Shown: positions 29,233-39,239, counted from the first letter of the stretch. The stretch is DNA of 55,844 bases from a virus (IMGVR_UViG_3300012231_000001:1-55844); one strand, 5' to 3'. The notes: generated by a model not told the origin, from the sequence alone. Made by a program: numbers and translations.

Positions 29233-29480
29233 TTTTTCTCCATATAATTTTTAGTTACAGATATTCTTGCCATTCCTTTGGCTGTTGGATAATTCTTTTT
29301 TAACCATTTACCTTCTGGCATTTGTGCTTGTTGGTCTAATGCTGTAAAATATACTTTATACATACCGAATAAAAGATTATGATAATCTAACCAACTAAGA
29401 AATAACATATCATCATCATCTTCTGCAACAACAACTACTTCTGTGGCTGACGCTTCATTATTTTTCTTTAGTAGTATCAT
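29229..29480 (-). CDS. Hypothetical protein
   Basis: Coupled ORF within the operon. Confidence 0.55.
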   Translation of the reverse strand: MILLKKNNEASATEVVVVAEDDDDMLFLSWLDYHNLLFGMYKVYFTALDQQAQMPEGKWLKKNYPTAKGMARISVTKNYMEKK

Positions 29481-29685
29481 TCATAATCTCTTGGATAGTT
29501 TTATTAGATTTATAAGCAGCATATCTTGCTTTAATTCTGTTTTCTGTCATTAATTCTTGCAACAATTCGATTATATCAATTAACACCCAACCATCAAAAT
29601 TAGACATTATTTGTTTTTTAACTTCTTTTCTTTGTTCTGGTGAAGGATTTTTCATTTTGTCATTCCTCAAATAATGTTTGTTCAA
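29458..29685 (-). CDS. Hypothetical protein (probable start MKNPS)
   Basis: GAGG RBS upstream of MKNPS. Confidence 0.5.
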   Translation of the reverse strand: MNKHYLRNDKMKNPSPEQRKEVKKQIMSNFDGWVLIDIIELLQELMTENRIKARYAAYKSNKTIQEIMNDTTKEK

Positions 29686-31090
29686 TAGGGGCTACATAGT
29701 CCAACTTACCAAGCTGTTTTTTAGACATATCTGTAAATAAATTAAACTCTGGATTAAAGTGTAACATAACTTTACCAACACGACTAAATGATGATTTCTC
29801 AATAGATATTTGTATCTCATTTTCAGATGGTACAGTGCCTGGATTAATTAACTGGTCTTCCCAATCTCTGTATGGATACCATAATGCTAAAAACTCTCTA
29901 CTCACTTGATATAATACAGATGAACCATAAGCATCATAAAATCTTGGTGCTTTAATAATCCTATCAGAACGTGCTATCTCTTTATCTGCAACTTGTGACA
30001 CGTTTATAATAGAACAGTTAATATTTTTAGCAATCTTTTTCTGGAAATTAATCAGACCAGGTATATTACCTATCATATTGTTTAAGAACGTTCCATTTCC
30101 AGGATATTCAATAGCTTGTAAGTGGTCTATTATAATCATATCTGTATCGTTAATAGATGATAACAAATCAATCACATCTTTATATTTGTAAACAGTATCA
30201 TAAATCATTAATCTGTTTTGTAATTTATCTTTAACAAGTTGTATATGAGCATCTGTTATCTCTACTGTTTTCATTCTCATAGCTGTCGTAGAAATTTTAC
30301 AGAATAATGCTAAATATCTACGGTATTGTGTACCAGCATCTTCTTCCGGTGTAATCTTAACAATTCTTTTCACTTTATTATTAACGATACTATGGGCTGA
30401 GTTATAATCTAACCAACTACTTTTTGCGTGGGATGATTTAGCTATAACAGATGCTACATATTTACGAGTGAAACCACCAATGTAAGTATTTAACACTTGG
30501 GAAGATGTAGATATGTACTCATTTTTCAAATTTATTAAACTTTGTGCTTCGGCTAATTGGTCACGTTTTACATCTTTATTGTATAAAAGATTATGTACTT
30601 TCCAAATAGCACGAGCCTTGCCAAGTATTATATTTTTATAATTACTATGAGTTGCTGCATAACTGTTATAATACTTGACTTCATCTATCATATCCTCCAC
30701 AAATCTTACAAATGCTCGATTAGTGATTTCTAATTTAGCTTCTTCAAATAACTTATCAGATGTATCATACCCTGGTTCGTATAAAATATCGTGGAGCTGT
30801 TCATATGTCGGGAGTACAATCTTATGTCTTTTACAAAAAGCAACTAACTGTTCTTCTTCTGATTTACAATATAGAGCCATACTATCAACAGTTATAGCTG
30901 TTTTTAATTGCTTCAATCGTTTCATCAAAAAAACAATTAATCTGTAATTCTTATCCAAGAACACATTAGGATAAGTATCATCTAAATATTTATCTATCAG
31001 TTGCTCATTGTGGAAGAGTTTAAGTATGTAAGCCCTTTCAAAAACATCAGACCGTGGATATTCTTTCGATGTTGATATTTTCTCTGGCAA
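29660..31090 (-). CDS. dnaB: DnaB-like (SF4) replicative helicase
   Basis: N-terminal DnaB-like helical domain; Walker A-like AKSSHAKS, ITPEE, IIIDHLQ, VSQV and ISIEK motifs. Confidence 0.8.
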   Translation of the reverse strand: MPEKISTSKEYPRSDVFERAYILKLFHNEQLIDKYLDDTYPNVFLDKNYRLIVFLMKRLKQLKTAITVDSMALYCKSEEEQLVAFCKRHKIVLPTYEQLHDILYEPGYDTSDKLFEEAKLEITNRAFVRFVEDMIDEVKYYNSYAATHSNYKNIILGKARAIWKVHNLLYNKDVKRDQLAEAQSLINLKNEYISTSSQVLNTYIGGFTRKYVASVIAKSSHAKSSWLDYNSAHSIVNNKVKRIVKITPEEDAGTQYRRYLALFCKISTTAMRMKTVEITDAHIQLVKDKLQNRLMIYDTVYKYKDVIDLLSSINDTDMIIIDHLQAIEYPGNGTFLNNMIGNIPGLINFQKKIAKNINCSIINVSQVADKEIARSDRIIKAPRFYDAYGSSVLYQVSREFLALWYPYRDWEDQLINPGTVPSENEIQISIEKSSFSRVGKVMLHFNPEFNLFTDMSKKQLGKLDYVAPIEQTLFEE

Positions 31091-31538
31091 CCTGTTCGTT
31101 CTCCAATGGTTTAATCTGTATTTCCTCTACTTCAATAAAACTTGTTTCACTATCAGGTGGTATATTTAGTTTATCCATATTCCAAAACTGACAGGTATTA
31201 GATACAATTTCATTTAATGTAGGATGTTCTTCTTTGTTGTTTTTCGCACTCATATCATTTGGATATGTACAAGTTCGTGCGACATCGCATCTTCTCTCAC
31301 CAATAACTACGTTTGCGTCTGCAATGGCAGATGGTCCATCAAATACTCTTACTTTACTGCGTCCCCTCATATCTGATGATGTTAATATAATTCTTGCGAA
31401 TCCACAACCATTACAATGCTGTTCATATATTTCAATTTTTGTCTGGTAATAAATCTCATCAACACATTCTTTATCTTGTGGCAACTCTCGAAGATAATCC
31501 TGAACATCTTTTGACAAATGTTGAGAATTTAATGGCAT
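31047..31538 (-). CDS. Cys-containing replication-region protein
   Basis: CNGC...C...C; adjacent to the helicase; function uncertain. Confidence 0.5.
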   Translation of the reverse strand: MPLNSQHLSKDVQDYLRELPQDKECVDEIYYQTKIEIYEQHCNGCGFARIILTSSDMRGRSKVRVFDGPSAIADANVVIGERRCDVARTCTYPNDMSAKNNKEEHPTLNEIVSNTCQFWNMDKLNIPPDSETSFIEVEEIQIKPLENEQVARENINIERISTV

Positions 31539-31548
31539 TTTGTTTTCC

Positions 31549-31788
31549 TTAAATTACATCTTCGTTTGGTATTTTTTCATAAAATGTTCTGAAAAAATTA
31601 ACTTCTGCCGCAGTTAACTGCACGCATTCTTCACCCTTTACTGTAGCTCTGCCACGCTTAGATTCTTTATCTTCAAACTCACTGATATATTTATATACAC
31701 TTGAATTGTGTCCATAATGTTTAATCATTTTTTGTGCCACTTTTTGTAAACCTTTAAGTGGCAGAGCATACAGTTTATCATCACTCAT
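31549..31788 (-). CDS. Hypothetical protein
   Basis: Coupled ORF. Confidence 0.55.
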   Translation of the reverse strand: MSDDKLYALPLKGLQKVAQKMIKHYGHNSSVYKYISEFEDKESKRGRATVKGEECVQLTAAEVNFFRTFYEKIPNEDVI

Positions 31789-32555
31789 TTCATAAAGCTG
31801 CTTAAATCATCTTCACCACTTGCAGCACCAAGTTCATCAAAGTTTGTTTCTGGTGGTGTCTCAGCAACATATTCTTTATTGGATTTAGTAGCACGTTCAG
31901 CTTGTTCAAGACGCACTTTTGTTTCAACATCTTTTTCAAACTGTTGTAGTATCGGCAATGGGACACGTTTGCCATAATCAACTATTTCCAACGCACCTTC
32001 AATATAACGCTGTTTCTTTTCGCTATCAGGCTTGAAAGTTAATGTAAACTTACAAGGTAATCCATAATAAGCAGGGAAACCTGAATAAAAGATAGTTTTA
32101 TTAGCAGGATTTTTAGGGTTTGGCTGGATAATATTATACTTTGAATGTCCAGGTATAGCCCAGTTACCGAATGTTTTTGATAGTCCCCAAATTCTTTGTG
32201 GGTCAACTGATATATACATACCAAAGTATGTTTCAAACATTGGTCGAGGTGGTAATATTAAATTACCTGTTGGTGACACTACAATAATTTCTTCTTGTGT
32301 CGGCGCATTTGCACTACCTAAGAACTTAAATATCCATATAGGTAATTGATAATGGTCAAACTTAGCAAATGGTGTATCAGGCGTTGCAGACTTACCATCT
32401 GTCCCTTTGAACTTAGCACCAAGTTTACCAATAAACCCTAAGTATGTACCCACAGGGTGTTGATAGTATGAAAATTCTTCATACTCTTGTTTCGGTGGTG
32501 CTCCTTCTGGCATTTCGTAACCATAAGCACCTAAATCATCAATGAAATCTGCCAT
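31785..32555 (-). CDS. Putative single-stranded DNA-binding protein
   Basis: Aromatic-rich core with an acidic C-tail (EDDLSSFMK); lies between ERF and the helicase. Confidence 0.5.
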   Translation of the reverse strand: MADFIDDLGAYGYEMPEGAPPKQEYEEFSYYQHPVGTYLGFIGKLGAKFKGTDGKSATPDTPFAKFDHYQLPIWIFKFLGSANAPTQEEIIVVSPTGNLILPPRPMFETYFGMYISVDPQRIWGLSKTFGNWAIPGHSKYNIIQPNPKNPANKTIFYSGFPAYYGLPCKFTLTFKPDSEKKQRYIEGALEIVDYGKRVPLPILQQFEKDVETKVRLEQAERATKSNKEYVAETPPETNFDELGAASGEDDLSSFMK

Positions 32556-32565
32556 AACTTTACTC

Positions 32566-32781
32566 CTATTTTGTTGTTAATAATATAGCATTATCTAAAA
32601 TGATAATTAATTCTTTATCATCTTCATTACCAATGTCTCGCAGTGCTTTTACTAAAACTGCTACTATTTCTTTGTGAAAAACACAATAACCCTGGTCTGC
32701 TAAAAAATCTACACTGCCTTCAATAGCACCTTGAATTTCTTCTGGTTCTATTGGTTGGTTTTGTCCATTTATTATAGTCAT
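32566..32781 (-). CDS. Hypothetical acidic protein
   Basis: GAGG RBS; operon context. Confidence 0.55.
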   Translation of the reverse strand: MTIINGQNQPIEPEEIQGAIEGSVDFLADQGYCVFHKEIVAVLVKALRDIGNEDDKELIIILDNAILLTTK

Positions 32782-32783
32782 AA

Positions 32784-32969
32784 TTACCTCTTGTTAAAAT
32801 TTGGTGTCGGGGATACACCAACAGGTTTATCTGATTTTTCTAATGGTTCCTCGCCTACTATTCTTTTAGTTATGCAAGACAAATGGTCAATAGCCTCATT
32901 TAATCTGTTCACTGCATAAAATATTTGTAAATGTTTCATTTCTTCTTTAGCCACTGCATTTTGTGACAT
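32784..32969 (-). CDS. Hypothetical protein
   Basis: AAGGA RBS; operon context. Confidence 0.55.
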   Translation of the reverse strand: MSQNAVAKEEMKHLQIFYAVNRLNEAIDHLSCITKRIVGEEPLEKSDKPVGVSPTPNFNKR

Positions 32970-32973
32970 AATA

Positions 32974-33843
32974 TTATTCCTTTATTAGTTTTGATTGTGA
33001 TAATTTATTTAACCAGTCATCAGCACTGGTTGCTGTTTGTCTTTGGAAATCTGCCCATAGTTTAGAATGGGTTGGTCTATCAATTTTCTGTAATAGCTCT
33101 TTGAATTTAGTAAGCTGTTCAATATTTGGTAGAGTGTTAAAGAATTGATATAATGCAGCTTTACTTGTTATACCACTTTCTACTGTTCGTAAGTGGTCAT
33201 TAATCCACCATTCTTTTAATATCTCTGCAAATTTATTTTTAGCTTCATCATCAATAGCATCTGTATCATCATCCATAGTCATTATACCGAAAGCATTACA
33301 GAAAGCATATCGCTTAGCAAATGTAGTAGTAGCAGCTACGACTTGGGCATCTGACATTACACCTGTTTTAGTCATTAAAGGAACAATCATCACGCTTTCT
33401 TCTTCGTGCCCTGCTTTATGCCTTACAATACAAATAGCTTTTACTCTGCCAATAGCACCAGCAATCGAATCACTATTTATAAATTCTGTTTTAATAAGAT
33501 AGCTGAATCCATTTTGCCCTAATAATTCTTTAGATTGTGCAACAATAGATTCCAGTGGGGCATACATATAAGCAACTACTCCACCTTTAGTTTGCCCACC
33601 TTCCTTAGTCTTTTTAATGATAGGACATTGACTCTGGAAATTCATCATTGCTTCATCAAACGCTTTACGTGCTTGCTGGGCATCCCAATCTTTCTTTAAC
33701 ACCATTAATCTTTCAAGATGCTCAATAGGCAAGCCTTTATCTAAAGCAGTTTGAATCCAGTCATTTGGTGTTGATGCGTGGTAAACAGTAACTTCAGTTA
33801 ATGGTATTTCTTCCACTTTTATTTCGTCATCTAACTCAGCCAT
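32974..33843 (-). CDS. erf: ERF-family ssDNA annealing protein
   Basis: YAPLESI, HKAGHEE and Q-V-V-A-A-T-T-T-F-A-K-R-Y...GI...DDTD ERF signature. Confidence 0.9.
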   Translation of the reverse strand: MAELDDEIKVEEIPLTEVTVYHASTPNDWIQTALDKGLPIEHLERLMVLKKDWDAQQARKAFDEAMMNFQSQCPIIKKTKEGGQTKGGVVAYMYAPLESIVAQSKELLGQNGFSYLIKTEFINSDSIAGAIGRVKAICIVRHKAGHEEESVMIVPLMTKTGVMSDAQVVAATTTFAKRYAFCNAFGIMTMDDDTDAIDDEAKNKFAEILKEWWINDHLRTVESGITSKAALYQFFNTLPNIEQLTKFKELLQKIDRPTHSKLWADFQRQTATSADDWLNKLSQSKLIKE

Positions 33844-34499
33844 TGTGTCACCTTCTTATAGACAAAAAATGTTTTCCATATATCTGCACGACAATGTTCT
33901 TTTATTTTATCATACAGTCCAGCAGTGAACCACTCACCCACTTCACTACCATCGTTACTTAAATCTGTAGAACCCTTAAACACATAACCCCATTCTGATA
34001 GAGAACTATATTCTCCATAGTTTGGATTCAGTTTTTCATATAAATCTAAATGGACTCCGCTTGTATATCTTTGGATTAAGTCATATGGGTAAGGGACAAG
34101 ACCAGTTAATTTTTTGTATGGTGGTGGGACGCCTAAAATCATAGCACGTTTAATCAAATACGGTATATCGAACTTTTTACCATTATAAGTAACAATTCTA
34201 CCACCACTTTCTAATTCAGAATAGATACAATTCCACAAATAAGTTACTATATATGTTTCTGAATTACCATCTAACCCTATTAAAGTTTCAGCATATCCTT
34301 GCTCTACTGCATCGTTTGTCCAATCAGGAATAGGCTTATCACTTATCATACCAGCAAGTATAATCTTACCTGTATGTGCGTTTATTGACAGCTTATCTAA
34401 TGCAGCTTGTTTGTAATCTTCACGTTTTTTACCTGCAACCTTATACGCTATCAATGCTTCATCATCTGTCTTTACTGTTTCAATATCGAGCACTAACAT
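33831..34499 (-). CDS. DnaQ/PolB-like 3'-5' exonuclease
   Basis: ExoI LDIET, ExoII YNGKKFDIPYL, ExoIII HCRAD. Confidence 0.88.
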   Translation of the reverse strand: MLVLDIETVKTDDEALIAYKVAGKKREDYKQAALDKLSINAHTGKIILAGMISDKPIPDWTNDAVEQGYAETLIGLDGNSETYIVTYLWNCIYSELESGGRIVTYNGKKFDIPYLIKRAMILGVPPPYKKLTGLVPYPYDLIQRYTSGVHLDLYEKLNPNYGEYSSLSEWGYVFKGSTDLSNDGSEVGEWFTAGLYDKIKEHCRADIWKTFFVYKKVTQWLS

Positions 34500-34658
34500 A
34501 AAATGAACTCCTCTTACAATGTTGATAATAAAATGACTGCAAGTAATATCAGAATTATATCAAATATAAACCAGAACTTAACCATAGTTTACCTGCAAAT
34601 TAATAATTTTGGGGAAATAAGAAATGTAAATTCGTACATAGTGCAACCTAAATATGAA

Positions 34659-34697
34659 TAAAAACCCCAGCAGATATGTTATGTTTATCTGCCAGGG
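34659..34697 (-). terminator. Intrinsic terminator
   Basis: Minus strand CCCUGGCAGAUA...UAUCUGCUGGGG stem with G-U pairs, followed by UUUUU. Confidence 0.75.
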
Positions 34698-34721
34698 ATG
34701 GAGAACAAAAGATGCTGTTAG

Positions 34722-35165
34722 TTAAGCAGCAGCTTTTTCTTTCTTAGGTTGCCGAATGGGAATTGAAATTGTAACAGTCCCAAGTGGGATTAGTTTCTGA
34801 AGTTCATCTCTCCATTTGTAGCCCATATTGACTACCTCAATGTAACGAACTACATTGTCTGGGAGAACACCGATTTGTGCAGCTTTTTCGGCTGTATTAA
34901 GTGAAAATTGTTTACCAGTACCAGTAACTTTCTTACCAGCGACTTTATGAGCACCGTGAGCCTTGACGAAAGCTGTAAAATCTACTATGTCAACATCTGG
35001 GAACTCTGATGCGAACTTTTCAAGTTCACTTTCATAAACAACGAATCCTGTCTGTTGAACATTCGCATTTACCTGAGCGTCATCCATTAAACCAGCTTTG
35101 TAAGAATTATAAAATGCTCTTAAAGCTGCAAAACGAGTGGGGCGACTGCCTCTTTTCTTTGCCAT
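34722..35165 (-). CDS. Basic-ended hypothetical protein, monocistronic
   Basis: Has its own promoter (35224-35254), AAGGA RBS and terminator. Confidence 0.75.
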   Translation of the reverse strand: MAKKRGSRPTRFAALRAFYNSYKAGLMDDAQVNANVQQTGFVVYESELEKFASEFPDVDIVDFTAFVKAHGAHKVAGKKVTGTGKQFSLNTAEKAAQIGVLPDNVVRYIEVVNMGYKWRDELQKLIPLGTVTISIPIRQPKKEKAAA

Positions 35166-35223
35166 AATTATTCCTTTAGATTAAATGATTAAATAAATTA
35201 GAACTAAGTAAAAAATTAAGTTA

Positions 35224-35254
35224 CAAATATAATACTAAGTACCAAAAAAGTCAA
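35224..35254 (-). promoter_or_regulatory. Promoter TTGACT-N17-TATATTTG
   Basis: Exact motif on the minus strand, upstream of 35165. Confidence 0.8.
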
Positions 35255-35270
35255 GTACCTGCTAAAAGTT

Positions 35271-36353
35271 TTAAGATTTTTTCTGGACAGCATCTTCCTT
35301 TCTGTCATCTATCATATATGGTTCTTCATAATGGCCTATTTTTATCAGGAACTCATTCCAAGTGCCATCGTGACCATTAACGAGCACACCATCTTCTGAA
35401 ATTTCACAGTATGAATTATCTTTTAGATGCTGAATCCAATATGTACCATTAGCTACAACCATTGATACTTTATCGTGTAAATCTTTATCCAGCAAGATAG
35501 CTTTTTCTTTAACCTGTTTTATCATCTTTACTTCTTTTATAGGTGGTATATAATCTCCCATACCATATTCATTCATACCAAACCCAGAATAATCTTCAAA
35601 CATATCTAAAGTTTCTTCGGCTGTAAAACCTACATTTTTATCTGGGGAATCTTTAACATCATCCTTAAATGGTATGACAATTTCACCTTTACCATTAAAT
35701 ATTTTAAGCAGAGGATTATAATTTACATTCTTTACCCAAAACTTTCCGTTATGTGGATAAAAATTCTTACCATACCACGTTCCAGAACCATATCTTGGGT
35801 GCCATCCTTTTTTATGATTTGCCCCTTCTACAGCAGTTACTTTTTCTACCACTTCTTTTGGTTCATAGCATTTCTTTTTGACTTCATTATAAACCGCTGT
35901 ATTGTCATAATATGGGATAAGATTCACTTCCATATTAAGTGGAGTATCTAACTCAACACCACCTGCGTGTTTGTAATTAAGTTCAGCAAAATATTCGTGT
36001 TTACAGTTCACAATGATTGAAATTAAATATGGGAATAGCTTTAATGCTTTCCTAATCAATTCTTTATCAGTATTAGAAGCAAACACAGGAAAATTAACGT
36101 GACTATGCCATTGAACTACCATATCACTGATATCATAATCCTGTCTATGGATTATTTCATCGGGGAATGTATCTACTTCTGCTCCCTTCACTTCTTGTTT
36201 TAATAGTGGTGCCAGTTTGTAAATACCATCTTTCTTACTATAATGTCCCCAACCAGCTATTTCTGTACCGTGAATATGTGATGCGAAAGCAGCGTATTCA
36301 AACATTTGATACAATACTTTTGCATCTATCTGGATGTCTATTTTATCGCTCAT
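35271..36353 (-). CDS. JAB/MPN+ metallo-isopeptidase (deubiquitinase-like); probable start MSDKID
   Basis: EIAGWG plus WHSHVNFPVFASNTD equals the E...HxH-x7-S-x2-D JAMM motif; GGAG RBS; overlaps the E1 stop. Confidence 0.88.
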   Translation of the reverse strand: MSDKIDIQIDAKVLYQMFEYAAFASHIHGTEIAGWGHYSKKDGIYKLAPLLKQEVKGAEVDTFPDEIIHRQDYDISDMVVQWHSHVNFPVFASNTDKELIRKALKLFPYLISIIVNCKHEYFAELNYKHAGGVELDTPLNMEVNLIPYYDNTAVYNEVKKKCYEPKEVVEKVTAVEGANHKKGWHPRYGSGTWYGKNFYPHNGKFWVKNVNYNPLLKIFNGKGEIVIPFKDDVKDSPDKNVGFTAEETLDMFEDYSGFGMNEYGMGDYIPPIKEVKMIKQVKEKAILLDKDLHDKVSMVVANGTYWIQHLKDNSYCEISEDGVLVNGHDGTWNEFLIKIGHYEEPYMIDDRKEDAVQKKS

Positions 36354-37215
36354 CGTTATCTTCTCCGATTTCAAATGGGTTATCTTCCCCATCTTGCCTC
36401 TCTAAATTATCTGCGAAAGTTGGCATACCATCACCATCATCTGCCTCTCTTACAGCTTGTATTGGCTGTTTAGCTATTTCTTTAGGTATTATGATTCTCT
36501 CTGCTTCTGGTTTCTCTACATTTATCATTTTCATAATAGAAACTGTACCAACAATATAATCGTGGAAAGAATGTATAATGCGTACACTTTTATTCTGGAC
36601 ATATTCACGATATTTATGAATACAATCACTTACAACACCAAATGAGACATCTATAACAGCAGTGCCAGTACAAGGTAATGGTGCTGCATCTTTATTACTC
36701 CACAGATTTTTAGCATAATAATTAAATTCTTCTGATTTAGTTAATCTGCAACTGAATACATTAGCGAATGCACCACCAGTACGAGCATCAATAATAAGTT
36801 TAGTGCCTTCTTTAGCTTCATCAAATATCCATTTGCGTACGTTCATATCATCTACACAAACAAAAACAACATCGTAATACTGAACTTTAATATTTGCTGC
36901 TTCAATACGAGATGGGACAATATTAATTTTAGCTGTTGGCACTAAATATTTGATAGTTTCTTGTAATGCAACAACTTTAAGAAGTGATGGCTTATCTTGG
37001 ACAAGTTCAGCCATCAAACTTTCTGCGAAAAATTGATTCGGTAGATTATGTGCCTCTACTAAATCGTGGTCACAAATTGTAATTTCTTTTACACCCATTC
37101 GTGCTAAACCAAAGGCAAGATAACTGCCTATATGCCCACAACCAATAATTAATGGTTTCGGATGGGCTTTAGATGGGTCGAAGAAATCGAGCTGTCTCCA
37201 AACATCTGCTTTCAT
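36343..37215 (-). CDS. ThiF/E1-like Ubl-activating enzyme
   Basis: RQ, GCGHIG, DHDLVEAHNLPNQ, KV, CVDDMNVR and IDARTG motifs; candidate catalytic Cys in PLPCTG. Confidence 0.93.
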   Translation of the reverse strand: MKADVWRQLDFFDPSKAHPKPLIIGCGHIGSYLAFGLARMGVKEITICDHDLVEAHNLPNQFFAESLMAELVQDKPSLLKVVALQETIKYLVPTAKINIVPSRIEAANIKVQYYDVVFVCVDDMNVRKWIFDEAKEGTKLIIDARTGGAFANVFSCRLTKSEEFNYYAKNLWSNKDAAPLPCTGTAVIDVSFGVVSDCIHKYREYVQNKSVRIIHSFHDYIVGTVSIMKMINVEKPEAERIIIPKEIAKQPIQAVREADDGDGMPTFADNLERQDGEDNPFEIGEDNDER

Positions 37216-37229
37216 AACTATTCTCCATT

Positions 37230-38909
37230 TTATATTATTAATGAATCTCCTACAGCGTTACACTGAGGGATATTATAATTTACACAACTACTACTTGTGC
37301 AAGTGAATACTTTTGTAGCAACATCAAATTTTAAGTAATTCCCACATACATCACAAATACATTTATAAATGTATTCCCCAGCGTTATTAAATAAACGTGT
37401 ATTATTTATTTTACATCCTCTGGCAGTACAGTATAAATCATTATCCGATGTTTTGCTTAATTCTTTATTACCGCACGATGGGCAAACCCCTGGTATAAGC
37501 TCTATTGCTGCAGATTTTATTAACAATGCTTTAAGTTTTTTATCTTGTTCAATTTTTCCTGCTTCCCATTTTTTAGCAGCTTCCTCAGGGCTTATCCAGG
37601 GAGAATTGATTAAATCGAATGCACAATAAAATTGTTCATATGTTCTCCACTGGCTTAAAGTGTAACCACGACAACTTTTATCAACACAAGGATAACCAGA
37701 ACGAGTTAAACTTGGTCTGCCACAATGTCTGCAATATGGAGCTGTAACTCTATATGGATATTTAGGGCTTGCCATACATTGTTCATTATTACAAATCCAT
37801 TCAAACATTCTGGCATCTTCATCATAATCTCCGATAACACAATCTTGTTGACATTTAGAGCATTTTATATTAGCTTTTTCACAACCTTTACAACGAAGAT
37901 TAACACATCTACCTTCTTCATTAGTGATATAATCACAATGAGGGCAGAAAGAGTTACCTATGGTCTCTGCAAAATATCGTGAACTATTAATTTCTTTAGA
38001 TGAAGAATTACCATCTTTTGATAATTTAATGTCTATTAATTTATTCAGTAATCTTATTACTTCAGATATTTCTTTGACAGGTCTAAATGGAGCACCATCA
38101 TCGCCATCACCTGGATTATAAGAAAATAATGATTCTTTTAACACTTCTAATAAAAACGCATAAGAGCGTGATTCGATGTATAGCTGTACATCTGATACAC
38201 GGTTACCCCAACAGATAGAACCACCTGAACCGATATGAGGATGTAGAGAGCCTACCCTACTTATACCCCATCGAGTATCATACATAAATTTATTAAAATA
38301 ATAAATTGTATGCCTAAATGTATATTTTTCAGTCATAAACATTTGAATAGCTTTATACTGTAAATATCCTTCTATTTCATTACCACATCTTACATTCCGT
38401 ACAATGAATGAAATATCTTCACCAGCCCTGGCGACTTCTATTTTATATTTTTTACCTGCTTTGATTAAAGCATTTATATCAAATGGTTTATACCCAACCA
38501 TTTTAGAAGCAAATATTGAGAACTCCATCATTTTTGCTTCGTATGAGGTGGTATGCCTTATAATATCAAAAACATTGCTCAAATATTTTTGATAAATTGT
38601 AGCAAAACTGTTAATATCATTTTGATTACCATTAACACTAATAATATAGCAAGAACATAATAATAATATTTTATTCGTTTGTGTTGTAAATGGACAATAG
38701 AAAAAGTTTTCACTTACAAGAACACCTCCACCTGTCGGCAGTGTATAAGTTCTTATCTCTTTAGCAGTTAAAATATTTTGTTCCTGTATAGTTATAGGAA
38801 TGATTCGTGAGGAAAGTTTTAACATCTCAGACATTCGTGTATTCATCAGTATAGATGCTTCCATTGTTTCTGTCTGAGTAAACTCTAAAGGTGAAGATTG
38901 TATAATCAT
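37230..38909 (-). CDS. E2/UBC-like conjugating enzyme fused to C-terminal Zn-ribbon repeats
   Basis: HPHIGSGGSICWG at 38205-38243 matches the UBC HPN-x7-C pattern; five CxxC...Cx4C units follow. Confidence 0.75.
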   Translation of the reverse strand: MIIQSSPLEFTQTETMEASILMNTRMSEMLKLSSRIIPITIQEQNILTAKEIRTYTLPTGGGVLVSENFFYCPFTTQTNKILLLCSCYIISVNGNQNDINSFATIYQKYLSNVFDIIRHTTSYEAKMMEFSIFASKMVGYKPFDINALIKAGKKYKIEVARAGEDISFIVRNVRCGNEIEGYLQYKAIQMFMTEKYTFRHTIYYFNKFMYDTRWGISRVGSLHPHIGSGGSICWGNRVSDVQLYIESRSYAFLLEVLKESLFSYNPGDGDDGAPFRPVKEISEVIRLLNKLIDIKLSKDGNSSSKEINSSRYFAETIGNSFCPHCDYITNEEGRCVNLRCKGCEKANIKCSKCQQDCVIGDYDEDARMFEWICNNEQCMASPKYPYRVTAPYCRHCGRPSLTRSGYPCVDKSCRGYTLSQWRTYEQFYCAFDLINSPWISPEEAAKKWEAGKIEQDKKLKALLIKSAAIELIPGVCPSCGNKELSKTSDNDLYCTARGCKINNTRLFNNAGEYIYKCICDVCGNYLKFDVATKVFTCTSSSCVNYNIPQCNAVGDSLII

Positions 38910-39220
38910 TGCCAATCTCCTTCTTCGGCAGTTTGATATTCTTCACACCATTCTATTTCTTTACGAGACATCATTTGTGCCATTTTCCTTATTTTGAACA
39001 TTCGTTTTACTAACCAATGTTTACGATTAAATCTTTTACCAAACCAGCCGAACTCATCTTCCTCATTAACAGAAAATGGTTCAATTTTAATATTAAATGT
39101 ATATTTAATATACTGTAATGGTCTATAAATAGATGGTCTGAAGGCTTTACGCATAGCTTTAATATATGGATGTTTTTTTAATACATCCGTTATTATTTTA
39201 ACTTTTTCTTCTTCTGTCAT
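38906..39220 (-). CDS. Basic hypothetical protein inside the Ubl cassette
   Basis: GGAG RBS; its stop overlaps the E2 ATG (ATGA). Confidence 0.65.
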   Translation of the reverse strand: MTEEEKVKIITDVLKKHPYIKAMRKAFRPSIYRPLQYIKYTFNIKIEPFSVNEEDEFGWFGKRFNRKHWLVKRMFKIRKMAQMMSRKEIEWCEEYQTAEEGDWQ

Positions 39221-39239
39221 TTTTTATTCTCCATATTAT

